Assembly: GCA_001938485.1 (NCBI GenBank)
Contig: MQRK01241356.1
Location: forward strand, 43,554 to 107,553
DNA length: 64,000 nucleotides
From: Girardia tigrina
Taxonomy: Eukaryota
Direction of reading: 5' to 3'
Shown: positions 58,676 to 64,000 of the stretch, in pieces
Position numbering within the stretch: position 1 is the stretch's first letter
Layout of the letters: each line of letters opens with the position of its first letter
Notes under the pieces: generated by a model
Databases searched by the model: none
Told to the model about the DNA's origin: nothing
The model's input: the letters and a program-made list of their open reading frames with translations, nothing else
Translations under genes and position numbers: made by a program

Positions 58676-61600
58676 TAATTAATTGATGACTTTTTAAATG
58701 ATTAATGCTTTTAGATGAGTTTATTATTATTATTTTTACTTTGATAAGTATTTTTTTTATTTATGATATTTTTAAAATAGTACAAGAGTAATATCTGTTG
58801 AAGTAAACATTATTTTTTTAATTTATGTATACTAAAAACAACAGAATATGTCTTTTATACGGTGACTTGATAGTTCATTATCAAGAAAAATTATACGAGT
58901 ATCTGTGTTCTATTATAGTGATATTTAGGATACTCTGATTTTTTTCAGTATGAGTGTTTTTGACTGTTGACATCGATTGATTTCACATGAATCCCTAACA
59001 CTAACCCTAACACTTGTGATATTTATTTTACCTTACATCTATAATTTAAGGTTATATCTATTTGGAAAATTATAACTAAATGAAAAAGCAATTACTATCA
59101 CGATATGGAGAGAAGGCTTTCTTGTAAATTTAAAATCTCTTTGAATTAACGTTTCTTCTATTAAATTATAAAATAAATTTTCCATAAATGACTTATATAT
59201 TACAGAGTTTTCCATTCAGTTGTGTCAATTTTGCATACAGTTTTGACAATGTTTCAAATGATTTTGACATCTTTTCAAAGGATTTTGAATTTGACAGATA
59301 GATCTACCTAAACTCTACATCAAGATGTCAGTGATTTGTTTTTAGAATGAGCTGTTGCGATTCGGGGAATCCCCTTGTACATGATACTTACCAACGATAA
59401 GTCGCTAATGCATAATTCTGAGTTACGCATTGAAAGGCATAAACTGTATTGTTTTGAAATTAAATTTTATTTTAACGGTGTTTTGTTCATTTTTATGATA
59501 AGTAGTGAGTTTAAATTTTGATGATATCAAATTGCAGTAATAATCAGCACATTTTGATTTCTGGATTGAAACGTTTAAAGTGAGTGTCGTCAAGTTTCAC
59601 TTTTCGTTATAAATCATCTGTTTGATGAATATTTGTGATCCACTCTTGGGGCGAAATATGAAATGGGAACTGTGTCATCCGATGACTTCTAATCGGATAC
59701 TCAAACTTCCCTGGATGCAAAGATCGAGGACACAAAGAATATCGGTGTGTAAATCAAAATGTTGAGAGAGTCTTTCACTATCGTAATCATGTGTTTAAAT
59801 TTGGACGAAAAACTTGGCAAAAATATAGAGATTACGTAAAAACAGACTCGTTTGACTGTTCATGAAAATAAAGTTGATTATATTACTTCACTTATTCAAA
59901 TACAAACAAAAAACTTCCAGATTTAAAGTATACAGATTTACTGAAGCAGAAAAGAAATCTTTATCTTATGAACAAAATTCTCAAGGCAATTGTATGCAAA
60001 CAAATCGGACTATGTATCGTCAAGCATTAAACTGGCTGGACCTTTTGTGACTATGATAAAAACATAACATAAAAGTTTAATGATGATAAAGTGCAATAAA
60101 AATAAAATGATAAGGTGGTATATTAAAAGGCTATGTGCGAAATAAAAAAAGACCGTGTTGCGAAATAAAACGATAAAATATAACTGTTTGGCAAAAATAA
60201 CAAAAAATGAGATCAAAAGAATAGAAGGGAAATTTCAGCGAAGTAAAATGATAAAATTATAACGGTATTGTTGGGGTTACTTTTGGTGAACTTTAAATTT
60301 TTGATATTTTTAAAAGATCATATTTATATTTTAGATAAAGTAAAAATAATGTCGATTAATTAAAATGAAATAATTCTTTAAAATAAAGATTTAAGTTATA
60401 GATAATATATTTACTAATTAAAATAAATAAGATTTTTTAAAAAATATATTTTGTAGTAACATTTCTACTAATTAAATCGAAAAAATTTTTGTAAAAATTA
60501 TAGTTCACAGATAGTATATTACTAATTAAAATGAAATAAGTTTTTAATAAATTTTAGAGTAATAATAATATTTTAATTAAATTGGGACAAATTTCTATAA
60601 AAATGAAGTTTTAAAAAATTCACAATTAAATATCATCTTCGAAGTTAAAGAATATTGTAAAGAAGATTTTGATATATTTTGTAACACTATTTAAAATAAA
60701 ATCATAATACTTTTTAATGTATAAAATCAATATGAAGTAAAATAAATTTTAAAAAGAATGCAATTTTATTAAAATCAAATAAAAGATTTTTATTAAAAAA
60801 TAATTTATCATCGAATGATTAAAAATCATAAAAAACATTTAAGAATTGAATTTTTTAAAAATATTTTTAAAAATCTAAATTTATATTTCAATTAATGAAC
60901 ATTGTAAAAAATTAATAAAACAAAGAACAACATATGATTTATACAAAATTGAATAAAATAACATATTTATATATTTATCGATATTATTATTTATATTTAG
61001 AATTTTGAGATCTGTATTATGTAATTAAAATTTTGTTCCTCATAAATTTGTTTCAATAATGAAATATAGAAATAAAGTTAACAAAATTATGACTTCCAAT
61101 TTTAATCACGAACCTAATAGTATGTTCAAAAATAAAAATAAGCAGTCATAATCAAACATTTTTATGCAATGAAATGATTCAAAAGGAAAGAGAACACATA
61201 CCACATGAACTGATTGAAACGAACATTGGAAATCGTTTATTGGTTGATAATTCTTTGCTTAAAATGCTCCGAAGATGCCAAATTTGCATCGAATTGTGAC
61301 TGGCGAGGACAAAGGAGGGTAAAAAACAACAAATAATATATTTATGTACAATCAAAGCTTTACAAACTGCATATATTAACGAAAACCGATAGACATTCAG
61401 TTGCATCTGCGCTTCACACACCACGGAACTCAACCAAAGCAACATGCAAACAACTTTATTTAGAAGAAAAAAATATTCGAAACAACAAATTAGTATAATA
61501 AGCAATAATAAAAAAACAATAAAGAATCTATTGTACATATTAAAAGAAGCTACAAAAATTAAGTGCAAAAAAATCATGCTTAAATAAATTATAAGTATAA

Positions 61601-61753
61601 CTTTTGAATAATAATAATAATAATAGTAATAATAGTTATAATATTAGTAAAAATAATAATAGTCGTAATATTATTAATAATATTAAAAATAATAATAAAA
61701 AACAAACACTGGTTATTACAAATCACTAAAAAAGAATTGAGAAATAATCAAAC

Positions 61754-62180
61754 TCAAACGCTGGTTTGAATACACTGATCACTGAGGGGGATGTCACTGC
61801 TCAAGGGCGTCTGGGACTGTCTATCCATCATACATTCGATCTCAGAAACTCCAGTATCAGTGCTCAGGTCAAGAGAGCAGCTGTGATTTGTGACCGGTTT
61901 CGTTCTCACATCGCTCGAAAGAGTCACTGGATTATTAGTGTTGTCGAACTGATCGGTTTTGTCAGTTGTCGCTGTTAGATAATTTGAAGGTAGTTTTAAA
62001 GGGAGATTAGTTGGTCGGTCGGACGATGATGTACTTGTTCCTTGATTTACGCTTTGGCTCTCATTGGTTTTGTATGTAACATAGCCGAGATCAGACTCTT
62101 GATCTCCGTTGTTTGCGTTGCTTGAGAACTGATAATCACCATTTGAATTGGCCAAATGAATGTATTCTATGGACTGAGAT
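61754..62180 (-). CDS. vkr: Terminal exon of a second, convergent VKR paralog (upstream exons presumably beyond the window end)
   Basis: 427 nt with the same acceptor (aattcag), phase and stop as 37397-37823; ~27 nt and 14 aa differences; no indels. Confidence 0.85.
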
Positions 62181-64000
62181 CTGAATTGGAGAGATTGAAG
62201 TAACAATTAACGGTGAATATAAATTGTACAAAAATATTTTTTAATTGTTTGGAAAGCGAATGATTTGTCAGAGATTTATCTGATTAAACTCAATCTTTAG
62301 ACTTTGTTTTTAAATCATTACAGCTAACTTTCTTCGTTATACTCAAGCGATAAACGTAGGTAAAATGATAATTTATATTTGTTAGAATTTTACAACCGTT
62401 TCGCATAATGTAATTGATAGTTCAATATGTGTGTCTTCAATAAGCCTTCAAGAATGCGCGAACAATTTTCAGTTTTTCAAATATCTTATGAAAAAATGCT
62501 CTTATTATTAAGAACGCTAATGTGATTTCCAATACTTTAATTATCATCTCAACTCGAATTGCCTCCAGGACAATTCAACACCAAACTTTCGTAGTTAAAG
62601 TCGTTCTCGAATGATAAATTTTAATTCTTTTTCTAAATCTCAAATTATTCGAACAAATTTAAATTACAATGTCTTACTAAAATATTTCAAAATTATTTTC
62701 AAAAATATTTAAATTCATTTTAAATATATTATTTATGATTAATGTTTGATTCGCATTGGGGGTGGGTGATAAAGCCGATCTCGCCATTGCAAACCGGGCA
62801 TGTGTGGAGCGCATCAAAAATATTGAAAATGTCAAGATTATTCACGGTATGTTCAAGGATTCCGGCGAAGACGATGCAGAAGAATACAATGGTCATCAGA
62901 AAGTTGAATGTAGCAATAAAGCAACAAGCAACTGATCCGAATGTTTCAAATGAATCATTTGCAATAGCAGTAATATTACAAGATCGAATCTATCAACACC
63001 TTTGAGTCAATCAACTCCGGAATGTCTAAATAGTCAATCTCAATCCTTGGCAAACTTTGCGGGTGAAACTTTTTGGCGGGCGAAACACAATCCTAAAAAC
63101 AACATTCCACGCTTTTTAAACGCAGTATAATTAAATCCAATTAAGTCTTGTTTCATTTTTTCGGTAGATGAAATTTTGACAAAATCAAATAAATGGAAAC
63201 GCGCCGCACACTTGGCTTTCATTTATTCAGTATTGAAAGATTTTATTTTAAAATTATTTTCTCTGTACTATTGATATACTAAGAAAGATATATTAAGAAA
63301 GACTTTCCCGAATAACGGTGAAAAAATAATGCGAACGTTGCTGGACAATGTAGTTTCATTGCTTATACTGTATGTTTGAACTAAGTACCGAATTAGAGAA
63401 CGAGATTTGAATGTAAAGATTATAAAGTTAGTTTATATATTGTCTCATATTTTGAGATATATATCATATAAAATGAAACATTAAATATAATAAACTAAAG
63501 TTTCCAATTTGTGAGGAATATTTGGAATGTTGATGTTTTGTGTGTTGTTTGAATGTTTTATGTTGATTTGTTATTGCGTCTCTCCTACCCAGAATGCAGA
63601 TTAATATTTTAATTCTTATCTGAAACTAATTTATTCAAATTTAGATTTAATATTAAAAATTTTATTTTATTATTATTGTAAATTTGTAAATAATTAAATC
63701 AAATTAATATTTTTAAATGTTTCGTATTCATTTTATTTTAACCAATAACATTTTTAGTAAATATTTTAAATAAAATATATATTTCCAAGTTAGTTCAGAT
63801 TTTGGAATGAGAAGTGTAATGGAAAATGAGAGCGAGTGGATCTCTATTTTCCATTAACTAAATAAAATAATAAACACAAAAATAATCTGGAAAATTTATT
63901 GTTTAGAATGATCAACATACGGTTGCTTCAGGATTGTTGGTATTAGTGTTATGAAATAAATAGATTGTTTTCTGGAGTCCCAAATCAGTATTAAGTATAT

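Noticed and set aside
59100-59900. Decayed hAT-like traces; also unassigned GC-richer blocks at 11400-12150, 25100-26100, 51345-51900, 62740-63220
   Set aside because: Motifs too degraded to support a call without database searches.

Overview
AT-rich, transposon-dense animal genomic DNA with spliceosomal introns (many of 46-55 nt), TTAGGG-type repeats and three N-gaps. It looks flatworm-like, but the taxon is inferred only. The main feature is a ~35-kb + strand gene (about 3361-37823, 14 exons, ~1010 aa; alternative 5' start at 2948). I assembled it by hand with consistent intron phases. It encodes a divergent Venus kinase receptor (VKR): GABA-B/ANF-type Venus flytrap ectodomain, one TM helix, insulin-receptor-like tyrosine kinase, and a long Ser/Thr-rich tail ending in QTSV. 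A second copy of its terminal exon lies inverted at 61754-62180 (tail-to-tail paralog) and shares a 141-nt 100% identical tract despite unalignable flanks, suggesting gene conversion. Introns and intergenic DNA hold five mariners plus Tc1, pogo, MULE, hAT, piggyBac-type MITEs, a Helitron carrying telomere-like repeats, Gypsy and Penelope fragments. Also present: an RLE-type non-LTR element whose complementary halves sit 15 kb apart, a 5S-rRNA-derived sequence fused to TTAGGG, a 136-nt hairpin, an X-box-like 21-bp array, and a compact spliced ORFan at 52.1-53.6 kb. No searches were run; all calls come from manual reading.
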